DNA of 47,767 bases from an uncultured delta proteobacterium (GTDB lineage Bacteria > RBG-13-61-14 > DRUE01), in contig CAIYYW010000313.1 in the NCBI GenBank assembly GCA_903930515.1, positions 1-47,767 on the forward strand, read 5' to 3'. A program made the translations under genes and the position numbers. The notes beneath the pieces were generated by a model. The model had not been told where the DNA came from. It saw only the letters and a program-made list of their open reading frames with translations, and made no database searches. The stretch's first letter is position 1. Each line of letters starts with the position of its first letter. Below are positions 1 to 10,730 of this stretch, in pieces.

Positions 1-1
1 C

Positions 2-604
2 AACAACGCCACCATCAATGACGGCCTGTCCGCGGTTTCCGCCCTGACCGCCTCGCGGCGATCAAGCTCTAAATTCTTCGGCACCCTTTATACCGTCAAT
101 CTGCGGCGGTTCCTAAAAAACCCCGGGCCGATTATCGCCAACTTCAGCGGGATCAATACCATTACTCTTTCCCGGAAATTCACCGGCCGGCTGGACCGGT
201 TGATCGCCGCGGTCGCCGACCGGACCGGCGAGCACAAGCGTCGTTTGCCCGGGATCGCTTTTTCCCTGCTGCCCGTGTTGTTTTTCTGGTGGCTCCCTTC
301 CGGCCCCATGCACTTCTTCGGGGTCCGGATCTTTGGACGGGCCGCGGTGGCCCAGGGCAGAAAGTTCGCGGTCTTCACCAATGTGGGGGCGATGGACCCC
401 TTTCTAGAGCCCTTTGGGGAGGACGCCCTTGAGGCTTATATGATCGGGCCATTCCAGCGAGGATTTGAGGTGCCGATCGTGATCGCTTCCGGCTTCCGCG
501 ACCGCCTGTCCATTTGCGTTTGCGCCGCGGATGACCTCACCAGGGAAAGCGTGCAAGGACTGGTTTCAGACTGGCGAGAAATCCTGGCAAGTTTTAACCG
601 CTGA
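2..604 (+). CDS. hypothetical protein, C-terminal fragment (5' end outside window); possibly acyltransferase/condensation-like, function not supported
   Basis: Frame 2 is open from position 2 to the TGA at 602-604. The listed 200..604 ORF is only its tail after an internal TTG. No diagnostic motif recognised. Confidence 0.5.
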   Translation, partial: NNATINDGLSAVSALTASRRSSSKFFGTLYTVNLRRFLKNPGPIIANFSGINTITLSRKFTGRLDRLIAAVADRTGEHKRRLPGIAFSLLPVLFFWWLPSGPMHFFGVRIFGRAAVAQGRKFAVFTNVGAMDPFLEPFGEDALEAYMIGPFQRGFEVPIVIASGFRDRLSICVCAADDLTRESVQGLVSDWREILASFNR

Positions 605-628
605 CCGACGGGCCTGCCCGGCCGTCGG
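605..628. terminator. GC-rich hairpin between convergent genes (possible bidirectional terminator)
   Basis: CCGACGG-N10-CCGTCGG gives a 7-bp perfect stem directly after the + strand stop and 38 nt beyond the rhlE stop. There is no clear U-tract. Confidence 0.25.
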
Positions 629-665
629 TTATGCCCTGGTTTCAGGTCTCGGGATACTCTTCCGG

Positions 666-1907
666 TCAGGCCACTCTCTGGCGGCAGCTTTTCCGACCGA
701 ACCTTCTTCCGCTGTTGGTGCGGAATTGCGCTCCGGCCCGGGCTTCATGCTGACGCGGGACATTGATCTTGAATTCCGCGGGAAAATTCGGGTGTTCCTT
801 CCGCTCCAATTCCCGCCCGATGAACCGCTCAACCCGGTTCAGGTTAGATTCCTCGTCAAAGGCCACCAGGGTGACCGCGTCTCCGGCGTTATCCATCCTG
901 CCGGTCCTTCCCACCCGGTGGATGTAGTCCTCCGGGCTGTCCGGGACATCAAAGTTGACCACGCAGGAAATACCCTGGACATCAATCCCGCGGGCCGCGA
1001 TGTCGGTCGCGACCAGGACCTGGCAATGGCCGCGCTTAAACCCTTCCAGGGCGCGGATCCGTTGCGCCTGGCTGCGGTCGGAGTGGATCGCGGTCGCTTT
1101 CACGCCCGAGTGCTCCAGCCGGCGGGTGATCCGGTCCGCGCCGTGCCTGGTCCGCGAGAACACCAGCACGCTTTTCATTTCCGGATTCTTGAGCAGCTCA
1201 ATCAGCAGATCAATTTTATTCTCCCGGCCGATCCGGTAAACCTGCTGGTTGATGGCCTCTGCGGGATTCCGCGCAATCCCCGCTTCAACCGTGACCGGGT
1301 CCTTCATATAGCGGAGCGCGAGGCTCTTAATCTCCGAGGGCATGGTCGCGCTGAAGAGCATGGTCTGCCGATCTCTCGGCAGGACCTGGATGATGCGCCG
1401 GACCTGGTCTATGAAACCCATATCCAGCATCCGGTCCGCCTCGTCCAAAACCACGATCTCAACCTGGGACAGGTTCACGGTCCCGCGGTTCAGGTGATCC
1501 AACAGACGGCCCGGGGTCGCAATCACCATATCCATTCCCCGCCGGAGCGCGTCAATCTGGTTCCCGATGCTGACTCCTCCGAAAGTGGCCACGGTCTTGA
1601 TCTGCATAAACTTGCCGTATTTGATGGCGAACTGCTCGTTCTGGAGCGCGAGTTCGCGGGTGGGGGTGACCACCAACGCCCGCACTTTTTTCTTGCCCCC
1701 ATTCTGCGGACCCGCGGAGAGCCGGTCCAAAATCGGCAACATAAACGCCGCGGTCTTGCCGGTCCCGGTCTGGGCGCGGCCGATCACATCCTTGCCGCTT
1801 AGCGCGAGCGGGATCGCCTTGATCTGGATTTCGGTGGGATTTTCGTAGCCTGCCGCGAGAACACCTCTCAGCAGATGGTCGGATAGACCAAACGATTCAA
1901 ATGACAT
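666..1907 (-). CDS. rhlE: DEAD-box ATP-dependent RNA helicase
   Basis: Q-motif region GYENPTEIQ, Walker A AQTGTGKT, VLDEADRMLDMGF, SAT, HRVGRTGR and a basic C-terminal tail. ATG at 1907 with AGGAAGG SD. Confidence 0.9.
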   Translation of the reverse strand: MSFESFGLSDHLLRGVLAAGYENPTEIQIKAIPLALSGKDVIGRAQTGTGKTAAFMLPILDRLSAGPQNGGKKKVRALVVTPTRELALQNEQFAIKYGKFMQIKTVATFGGVSIGNQIDALRRGMDMVIATPGRLLDHLNRGTVNLSQVEIVVLDEADRMLDMGFIDQVRRIIQVLPRDRQTMLFSATMPSEIKSLALRYMKDPVTVEAGIARNPAEAINQQVYRIGRENKIDLLIELLKNPEMKSVLVFSRTRHGADRITRRLEHSGVKATAIHSDRSQAQRIRALEGFKRGHCQVLVATDIAARGIDVQGISCVVNFDVPDSPEDYIHRVGRTGRMDNAGDAVTLVAFDEESNLNRVERFIGRELERKEHPNFPAEFKINVPRQHEARAGAQFRTNSGRRFGRKSCRQRVA

Positions 1908-2179
1908 AATAACCTTCCTTTTTTAGGGTTTAAAGTCCGTGTGAGGCGATTTTCCGTGAGGAAATACGAAGGTAAAAAAACATGCGCTTATGCATTATTA
2001 TTTCAACCAGTTCGCGGAAGCAGCTGCCTCACCCAGCAGAATCAATTATTAACGGTCCGATACCGAGAACCTTCTGCTGTTTCTACTTCTCAGATCAGGA
2101 GTATACACATTTTCCGCCTGATTGCAAGCACGGGCCGTAACCGGTCCTTAAAATCAAGCCTGCCCGGTATTCCTTCCGG

Positions 2180-3814
2180 TCATTTTTTCTCCGCGATTGA
2201 ATTGCTGGGCTTGCCGATGAAGACCTCCTGCATAGAGCGCTCCGCGAACCAATGATACCGCTGGATCTCTTTTTCCGTGAACGGACGGGAGGAGATCTCG
2301 GTATTGAAGTAGAGCCGCTGGGGGTCGCGGTTGGTGAAAGCCGGCCAGGAAGGAATTCCTTTTCCGTTGGGGTTTCCGCTCCGGGCGAAATTTCCCAGGT
2401 AGTCCATCATAATGAAACTCAGGTATTCGCTTTTCTGATAGGTCTTCTTGCTGGCGAGCAGCTTGGCGATCTCGGCGTCCGGGTGCATGGCGCCGAACAC
2501 GAACGGGACATCAATGGCGTGGAACGCGCCCATCTTGTGCGGGAACCGGGTCTGGTCCCAATCAAAGCGGTAGAGATACACCGGGTTCTTCCCGGACATC
2601 GCCGAGGCCATCATAAAAGCCGGGGTTTCAAAAACCATCTGGTTGCCAAAGGCAAAAGCCACATCAATCGGACGGCGGTAGTCCTGATAGTCATACATTG
2701 ACAGGATCTGACCGCTGTTCGGGCCGGTGAGCAGTTTGATCAGGGAGTTGACCGCGCCGCGCGACCACAGCCCCAGGCCGGAAAGGGTCATCGTATATAT
2801 CCTAAGCTCGTCCCGGGTGGTCCCGAAGATCACCGGCACCTGTTGGTAATTACCGGCCTGGATCATCTTGACCGGGGTGTCCGGCAAAAAAGCCCCGTCA
2901 ATGGTCGGGCTCCAGGCAACCCCGCCGGAAAAAAGGTCGTTCCCGGTTTTTTTCAAAAACGATCCCATCGGCTTGGACCGGAGACAGCCGAGCAGGTCTG
3001 CGCCTTGGCAGCCAATATCGCTCGCGAGCTTTTGGCTCTTCTTATATCCGTCTTCCAGGCTGGTCATCAGCCGGCAGGGACCGCTCATAACCATCGCACG
3101 CTGGAAAAGGCCCCGGGCCTCCGGAGAAACCAGCAGGGCGCATACGCTCATCCCGCCCGCGGACTGTCCGAACACCGTCACATCCTCCGGGTCGCCTCCA
3201 AAAGCGGAGATATTATCGCGAACCCATTCCAAGGCCCGCGCCTGGTCCTGGATCCCGTAATTGCCCGTGGCCCCCTTCGGGTCTTCGCTCTTCAGCTCCG
3301 GCAAAGCCATAAATCCCAGCGCGGCCAGGCGGTAATTTATGGTCACCACCACCAGCCCCTCCCGCCCTGCCAGGTTGCTCCCGTCGTAAATATCAAAACT
3401 TCCGGACCCGCCCACAAACCCGCCCCCATAAATCCAGACCATCACCGGAAACTTGCCCGTCGCAGCCGGCCTGAAAACATTCAAATAAAGGCAGTCCTCA
3501 CCATATGATTCCGCCTTGCCCCCATTCAAAAAGTCTTCCTCCTGCAAACAGGCCGGGCCGAATTTGGTCGCTTCAAATACCCCAGGATGCGGCGCGGGCG
3601 GCTCCGGTCTTTTCAGCCTGAGCGCTCCCACCGGCGCCTTGGCAAAAGGCATCCCCCGGTAAACGCACGCGCCAAATTCAGCGTCTTTAAAACCTTTGAA
3701 CAAACCCTGACCGGTCTTAACCGGCTCCGAGCAAAAATCTTCCGCCCGGGCCGCGGCGCAGGTGATGACCAGGACCATTAACGCCAACCCGCAGTTCCAA
3801 CCCAATCTTCTCAT
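2180..3814 (-). CDS. secreted type-B carboxylesterase/lipase (para-nitrobenzyl esterase-like)
   Basis: Nucleophile elbow GQSAGG, oxyanion-region IYGGGF, length ~545 aa. Start placed at the ATG at 3814 (MRRLGWNCGLALMVLVITCAAARA signal peptide, GAAGGGG SD) rather than the TTG at 3865. Confidence 0.85.
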   Translation of the reverse strand: MRRLGWNCGLALMVLVITCAAARAEDFCSEPVKTGQGLFKGFKDAEFGACVYRGMPFAKAPVGALRLKRPEPPAPHPGVFEATKFGPACLQEEDFLNGGKAESYGEDCLYLNVFRPAATGKFPVMVWIYGGGFVGGSGSFDIYDGSNLAGREGLVVVTINYRLAALGFMALPELKSEDPKGATGNYGIQDQARALEWVRDNISAFGGDPEDVTVFGQSAGGMSVCALLVSPEARGLFQRAMVMSGPCRLMTSLEDGYKKSQKLASDIGCQGADLLGCLRSKPMGSFLKKTGNDLFSGGVAWSPTIDGAFLPDTPVKMIQAGNYQQVPVIFGTTRDELRIYTMTLSGLGLWSRGAVNSLIKLLTGPNSGQILSMYDYQDYRRPIDVAFAFGNQMVFETPAFMMASAMSGKNPVYLYRFDWDQTRFPHKMGAFHAIDVPFVFGAMHPDAEIAKLLASKKTYQKSEYLSFIMMDYLGNFARSGNPNGKGIPSWPAFTNRDPQRLYFNTEISSRPFTEKEIQRYHWFAERSMQEVFIGKPSNSIAEKK

Positions 3815-4008
3815 CTCAAACCCCTTCTTTTCAAGATATTTTCCGCTGCTATATTCCCCAGCCAAATGGTATCATATCTTTCGCACCTTTCCCACCTTTC
3901 CGCCTTTTCCCGCCTCTGGTTGATTTTGCTGGAAATTTGGTTATGATAAGTGGTCTTGAATTTACCATCCTGAGCGATGGACTTTTTAGAGCGGAAAGGA
4001 GAAGGAAG

Positions 4009-4368
4009 ATGTATGCAGTAATCGCGACCGGTGGCAAGCAATACCGGGTATCTCCCGGGGAAGTGGTAAAGGTGGAGTTGTTGGAGGGCGAGCCTGGGAA
4101 AGAGGTTGTGTTTGACCGGATTCTGATGGTTGCCGGGGAGCAGGTTTTGGTGGGCGCTCCCAATGTGGAAGGCGCAAAGGTGGTTGGGGAAGTGGTGAAG
4201 CATGGCCGGTCCGCCAAGGTGATTGTGTTCAAGTACAAGCGCCGCAAGCATTACTCTAAGAAGCAGGGCCATCGCCAGCATTACACCGCGGTGAGGATCA
4301 AGGAGATTATGGTCGGAGACCAGCCTTTGAAAGAGGCGGAAAAAGCAGAAGCGAAAGTCGGGGTTTGA
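4009..4368 (+). CDS. rplU: 50S ribosomal protein L21
   Basis: MYAVIATGGKQYRV N-terminus. ATG at 4009 preceded by GGAAAGGAGAAGG. The listed ORF start at 3937 is an upstream extension. Confidence 0.95.
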   Translation: MYAVIATGGKQYRVSPGEVVKVELLEGEPGKEVVFDRILMVAGEQVLVGAPNVEGAKVVGEVVKHGRSAKVIVFKYKRRKHYSKKQGHRQHYTAVRIKEIMVGDQPLKEAEKAEAKVGV

Positions 4369-4373
4369 TTTGT

Positions 4374-4395
4374 GTGCGGACAGGAGTGTCCGCAC
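4374..4395 (+). promoter_or_regulatory. perfect 9-bp hairpin in the rplU-rpmA spacer (processing or attenuation element?)
   Basis: GTGCGGACA-GGAG-TGTCCGCAC read directly, followed by two near-identical 14-mers (ACCACGAAGACTAA / ACCACAAAGACTAA). Confidence 0.3.
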
Positions 4396-4439
4396 CACGA
4401 AGACTAACGCACCACAAAGACTAATATCGGAGGAGTAAG

Positions 4440-6936
<2,497 letters not shown>

Positions 6937-6973
6937 TCCCGGGTTTGCAACCGGAGACAAATCCATTATTTTA

Positions 6974-8248
6974 ATGGGGAAGCAACAGGGAGAAATGGGG
7001 AAGGAAATACTGCAATCGGCGCAACGGGCCAGGGAGGCCCGGCTTAAGCTCCGGACCGCGTCCGGCCCGGTCAAGAACCGGGTTCTGGAACTGATCGCCG
7101 AGGGCCTGGTCAAAGGGCAAAAGCAATTGCTCTCGGCCAATGCCCTGGACCTGAAATCGGGCGGGAAAAAGGGGTTGAGCGAGGCGATGCTGGACCGGCT
7201 CCGGCTCTCCAAAGAACGGATCCAAGAGATGGCCGAGGGAGTGACAGAGGTGATCAAGCTGCCGGACCCGGTCGGGCAGATCACCGGGATCCAGACCCGG
7301 CCCAACGGATTGCTGGTCGGCCGGATGCGGATCCCGCTCGGGGTGATCCTGATCATTTACGAGGCCCGTCCCAATGTGACGGTTGAGGCCGCGGCCCTTT
7401 GCCTGAAAAGCGGGAACGCCGTGATCCTGCGCGGAGGCTCCGAGGCCATCCATTCCAATCTGGCGCTGGGGAAAATTTTGGGCGCGGCCTTGACCAAGGC
7501 CGGTCTGGACCCGAACACGGCCCAGGTGGTCGCGACCATTGAGCGCGAGGCGGTGAACGAGCTGTTGAAGCTGGACCGGTATATTGACCTGGTGATTCCG
7601 CGCGGGGGAGAGCAGTTGATCCGCAAGGTGGTGGAGCTTTCCCGGATCCCGGTGCTAAAGCATTACAAGGGGGTCTGCCATATTTTTGTGGACCGGGGGG
7701 CTGATTTGGAAAAAGCCCAAGCCATCTGTTTGAACGCCAAGGTCCAGCGGCCCGGGGTCTGCAACGCGATGGAAACGCTTCTGGTGGACGAGCCGATCGC
7801 GAAGAAGTTTTTGCCGGAAATGGCCCGGCTTTTCCGTAAGGCCGGGGTGGAACTCCGCGGGGATCAGCGGACGCGCGCGATGGTCCCGACCGCGAAGCCC
7901 GCGACCGAGGATGACTGGAAAGCGGAATATCTGGACCTGATTTTGGCGGTCCGGGTGGTGGACGGGATGGAAGCGGCGATCCGGCACATTCAGCAATACG
8001 GCTCCGACCATACCGATGCGATCATCACGGAAAATCATACTCGGGCGATGGAATTCATCCAGCGCGTGGATTCCAGCTCGGTGATGATCAACGCCTCCAC
8101 CCGGTTCAGCGACGGGTTCCAGTACGGGCTGGGCGCGGAGATCGGGATCAGCACCACCAGGCTGCACGCTTATGGGCCGATGGGTTTGGAGGAGTTGACG
8201 GTTGCCAAGTTTGTGGTTTTCGGGAACGGACAGACCCGGGAAAAATGA
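6974..8248 (+). CDS. proA: gamma-glutamyl phosphate reductase
   Basis: ~420-aa aldehyde-dehydrogenase-type protein with [11 protein letters not shown] (catalytic Cys), HTDAIIT and NASTRFSDG. Follows proB. Confidence 0.92.
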   Translation: MGKQQGEMGKEILQSAQRAREARLKLRTASGPVKNRVLELIAEGLVKGQKQLLSANALDLKSGGKKGLSEAMLDRLRLSKERIQEMAEGVTEVIKLPDPVGQITGIQTRPNGLLVGRMRIPLGVILIIYEARPNVTVEAAALCLKSGNAVILRGGSEAIHSNLALGKILGAALTKAGLDPNTAQVVATIEREAVNELLKLDRYIDLVIPRGGEQLIRKVVELSRIPVLKHYKGVCHIFVDRGADLEKAQAICLNAKVQRPGVCNAMETLLVDEPIAKKFLPEMARLFRKAGVELRGDQRTRAMVPTAKPATEDDWKAEYLDLILAVRVVDGMEAAIRHIQQYGSDHTDAIITENHTRAMEFIQRVDSSSVMINASTRFSDGFQYGLGAEIGISTTRLHAYGPMGLEELTVAKFVVFGNGQTREK

Positions 8249-8267
8249 AAAACAGGGGAGAACGATT

Positions 8268-8909
8268 TTGAATATCGGGGTTTATGGAGGCACTTTTAAT
8301 CCGATCCATTTCGGTCATTTGCGGACCGCGGAGGAGATCTGGCATCAATTCAAGCTCAGGCAGGTGATCTTTGTGCCCAGCTCCAACCCTCCCCACAAGG
8401 ACGAACAGGTGATTGATCCCCTCCACCGACTCAAGATGGTCACCCTGGCCATCACCGGCAACGACCATTTCACATGCTCCGACCTGGAACTGGTGCGTCC
8501 GGGGAAAAGCTACACCATTGAGACGCTCAAGGAACTGAAAATGCAGAACCCGGAGGCGAACTTTTATTTCATTATCGGAGTGGACGCTTTTTTGGAAATT
8601 GACACCTGGTATCACTGGCAGGAGCTGTTCCGCGAAACCAATTTCATCGTCACCACCAGGCCGGGAAGCAAAAAGGTCGCGCCCTCCAAAATGATCCCGG
8701 AGCCGGTGGCCGACCAGTTCAAGTGGCGCCGCAAGGAGCGCGAATTCATTCACAACTCCGGCCAACGGGTAATTTTTGTGCCGGTGACCGAGATCAACCT
8801 TTCTGCGAGTATGATCCGCGGGATGGTTTGGGAGGGAAAATCCATCCGCTATTTGACGCCGAGGCGGGTTCGGGAATATATTATAGAAAATGCTTTATAT
8901 CAGAAGTGA
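8268..8909 (+). CDS. nadD: nicotinate-nucleotide adenylyltransferase
   Basis: GVYGGTFNPIHFGHL (H/TxGH motif) and a later ISASMIR motif. Probable TTG start at 8268 with AGGGGAG SD. The upstream part of the listed ORF overlaps proA. Confidence 0.87.
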   Translation: MNIGVYGGTFNPIHFGHLRTAEEIWHQFKLRQVIFVPSSNPPHKDEQVIDPLHRLKMVTLAITGNDHFTCSDLELVRPGKSYTIETLKELKMQNPEANFYFIIGVDAFLEIDTWYHWQELFRETNFIVTTRPGSKKVAPSKMIPEPVADQFKWRRKEREFIHNSGQRVIFVPVTEINLSASMIRGMVWEGKSIRYLTPRRVREYIIENALYQK

Positions 8910-8925
8910 TGGATTGACCTGAAAG

Positions 8926-9333
8926 ATGAAATCCAAAAAAGAACCCAAGAATTCCGGGATCGGCCCCACGAAACTCAGCAGCAGGAAAAAAGCCCTTTGG
9001 GCGGTGGAAGCGGCGGGAGCGGCCAAGGCGGTTAACCCGGTGGCGCTCCAGGTCGGGAAGCTGGTTAATTACACCGATTATTTCGTGATCCTGAGCGGGG
9101 AGAGCACGGTGCAGGTGAAAGCGATCTTTGACCAGATCTGGATGATGATCCATCAGGCCGGCAGCCGTCCGATCGGCTCGGAAGGGGAGCAGGAGGGCAG
9201 ATGGGTGGTGGTGGACTGGGGGGATGTGGTGATCCATATTTTTTATAAAGGGCTGAGAGAATTTTATGACCTGGAAGAATTGTGGGCGGACGCGCCCCGG
9301 CTGAAAATTCCGGAGCCGGGCAAAGCCAAATAA
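8926..9333 (+). CDS. rsfS: ribosomal silencing factor RsfS (iojap family)
   Basis: YTDYFVILSGESTVQVKAI...WVVVDWGDVVIHIF...REFYDLEELW signature. Conserved position after nadD. Confidence 0.88.
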   Translation: MKSKKEPKNSGIGPTKLSSRKKALWAVEAAGAAKAVNPVALQVGKLVNYTDYFVILSGESTVQVKAIFDQIWMMIHQAGSRPIGSEGEQEGRWVVVDWGDVVIHIFYKGLREFYDLEELWADAPRLKIPEPGKAK

Positions 9334-9347
9334 ATCCGGACCCGCGA

Positions 9348-9803
9348 ATGAAAATCCGGATCATCGCGGTCGGCAAAATCAAGGATCCCATGCTGCAACA
9401 AAAGATCGCCGACTATTTAAATAAGCTGGGCAAGGGGATTGAGGTTTCCCTCCTGGAAGTCCCGGATGGAAAAGGACCGGCGCCGGAATTAAGAAAACAG
9501 GAATCGGAGAAAATCCTGGACCGCCTTCCGGAAAGAAGTTTGATCGTGGCTCTGGACGAGCGGGGAAAGGAATTAGACAGCTTGCAGTTCGCGGAACTGA
9601 TAAAAAAATTGATCAACCAGGGCCGGGACCTGGCGTTGATTATCGGAGGAGCGTATGGCCTGGATGAAAAAGTCCGGACCCGGGCGGATTTGACCTTGGC
9701 CCTGAGCCAACTGACTTTTTCGCGCGAACTGGCCCGGCTGGTTTTGGCCGAGCAAATCTTCCGGGCCTGGAGTATTATCAAGGGGAATCCGTATCATCAT
9801 TAA
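9348..9803 (+). CDS. rlmH: 23S rRNA (pseudouridine1915-N3)-methyltransferase RlmH (SPOUT)
   Basis: MKIRIIAVGKIKD N-terminus, LDERGKELDS, IIGGAYGL, GNPYHH C-terminus. ATG at 9348. Confidence 0.9.
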   Translation: MKIRIIAVGKIKDPMLQQKIADYLNKLGKGIEVSLLEVPDGKGPAPELRKQESEKILDRLPERSLIVALDERGKELDSLQFAELIKKLINQGRDLALIIGGAYGLDEKVRTRADLTLALSQLTFSRELARLVLAEQIFRAWSIIKGNPYHH

Positions 9804-9815
9804 TAGGAGGAAATA

Positions 9816-9935
9816 ATGGTTAGTCTGACGATTCAAGTGGAACGCCGGAGAAAAATCCGGAGAAATAATGCCGGCAAGGCCAACAAGAGACAGCGGCGCA
9901 AGGGCACGCCCAAATTCCCGATCCAGCCGGAATAA
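9816..9935 (+). CDS. candidate 39-aa highly basic small protein (not in ORF track)
   Basis: ATG at 9816 lies 5 nt after a perfect AGGAGG (9805-9810), right behind the rlmH stop. Translation MVSLTIQVERRRKIRRNNAGKANKRQRRKGTPKFPIQPE, TAA at 9933-9935. No homology evidence. Confidence 0.3.
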   Translation: MVSLTIQVERRRKIRRNNAGKANKRQRRKGTPKFPIQPE

Positions 9936-9939
9936 AATA

Positions 9940-10560
9940 TCAGGCTCGGAGGGAATGCGCGGTCTTTTCGGCCAATTCCCTTACCGCGTCTTCCAGGCCG
10001 GAGATCAGGCGGACCGCGCCTTTTTCGTCAACCGCCTTCACGCCGAGCCACTCCTGAATTGCGAAGCCGGACACCTGGAAGAACGCGCCGATGGTTCTTT
10101 TTGCGCATTCAAAAACATTTTCCCAATCCCCTCCCGCGGTCATCAGGACCAGGGCCGGACGATTTTCGCGCTTGGGGGGGTTGCCTAAAATTTCTTTGCG
10201 CGACCAATAGACCTGAAAGCGGTCAATCATCGCCTTGGAATGGCCGGGGAGATTCAGGAAAAAAATCGGGGTGGAGACGATCAAGCCGTCCGCCCTCTCC
10301 AGTTCCCGGGCAAATTTCTGGAAATCATCTTTTTGAATGCACTCTCCCGCACTCTTGCAATGACGGCAACCCCGGCAATAATTGATCTTAAAATCCCGGA
10401 CAAAAATTTTCTTGACTTTTGCGCCGGCTTCCTTTGCCCCGAAAAGCGCCCATTCCAGCATAATATCCGAATTCCCGCCCTTCCTCGGACTCAGCCCGAG
10501 CCCGATCACCAGCGGGGATTGTTTCCTCTTAGCCATCATAACCACCCTAGCCGCCTCCAT
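9940..10560 (-). CDS. iron-sulfur flavoprotein (Isf-type NADPH-dependent FMN reductase fold)
   Basis: Flavodoxin-like LSPRKGGNS P-loop region plus the compact CX2CX2CX5C motif (CRGCRHCKSAGEC) typical of Isf proteins. Start may be the ATG at 10539 or 10536 instead of 10560. Confidence 0.8.
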   Translation of the reverse strand: MEAARVVMMAKRKQSPLVIGLGLSPRKGGNSDIMLEWALFGAKEAGAKVKKIFVRDFKINYCRGCRHCKSAGECIQKDDFQKFARELERADGLIVSTPIFFLNLPGHSKAMIDRFQVYWSRKEILGNPPKRENRPALVLMTAGGDWENVFECAKRTIGAFFQVSGFAIQEWLGVKAVDEKGAVRLISGLEDAVRELAEKTAHSLRA

Positions 10561-10730
10561 CTCTTATGTCAATTTTTTTTGGCTCCGCACTTCGCGAAAA
10601 ATATTGATGAGACTGAGACGAAGCGCCTTGCAACCTGCTCGGACAAGCAAATTCCTGCAAGAGCTTGCCCCGACCGTTTCTCTTTTCTCGTTCCTCGCTT
10701 CATCGTTTGCCGTTCCCCGCGCACCGCAAT

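Noticed and set aside
531-1802. Long ORFs (up to 435 aa) antisense to well-supported genes: 531..1802 opposite rhlE, 10764..11606 opposite cooS, 14598..15419 opposite iorA, 18125..19264 opposite mazG, 19398..20705 opposite araB, 23643..24893 opposite the S8 protease, 34450..35367 opposite the symporter, 37076..37789 opposite the phosphoesterase, 43233..43991 opposite argH, 45581..46474 opposite gctA.
   Set aside because: These are shadow ORFs, which are typical of GC-rich DNA. Their translations are Arg/Gly/Pro/His-rich low-complexity strings with no motifs, and each lies fully inside a gene with clear family signatures on the other strand.
9868-10188. 106-aa + strand ORF overlapping the 3' end of the isf gene and the small basic ORF region.
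   Set aside because: It is mostly antisense to the well-supported Isf CDS, lacks an RBS, and its translation is low complexity. The 39-aa ORF at 9816..9935, in a different frame, has the translation signal.
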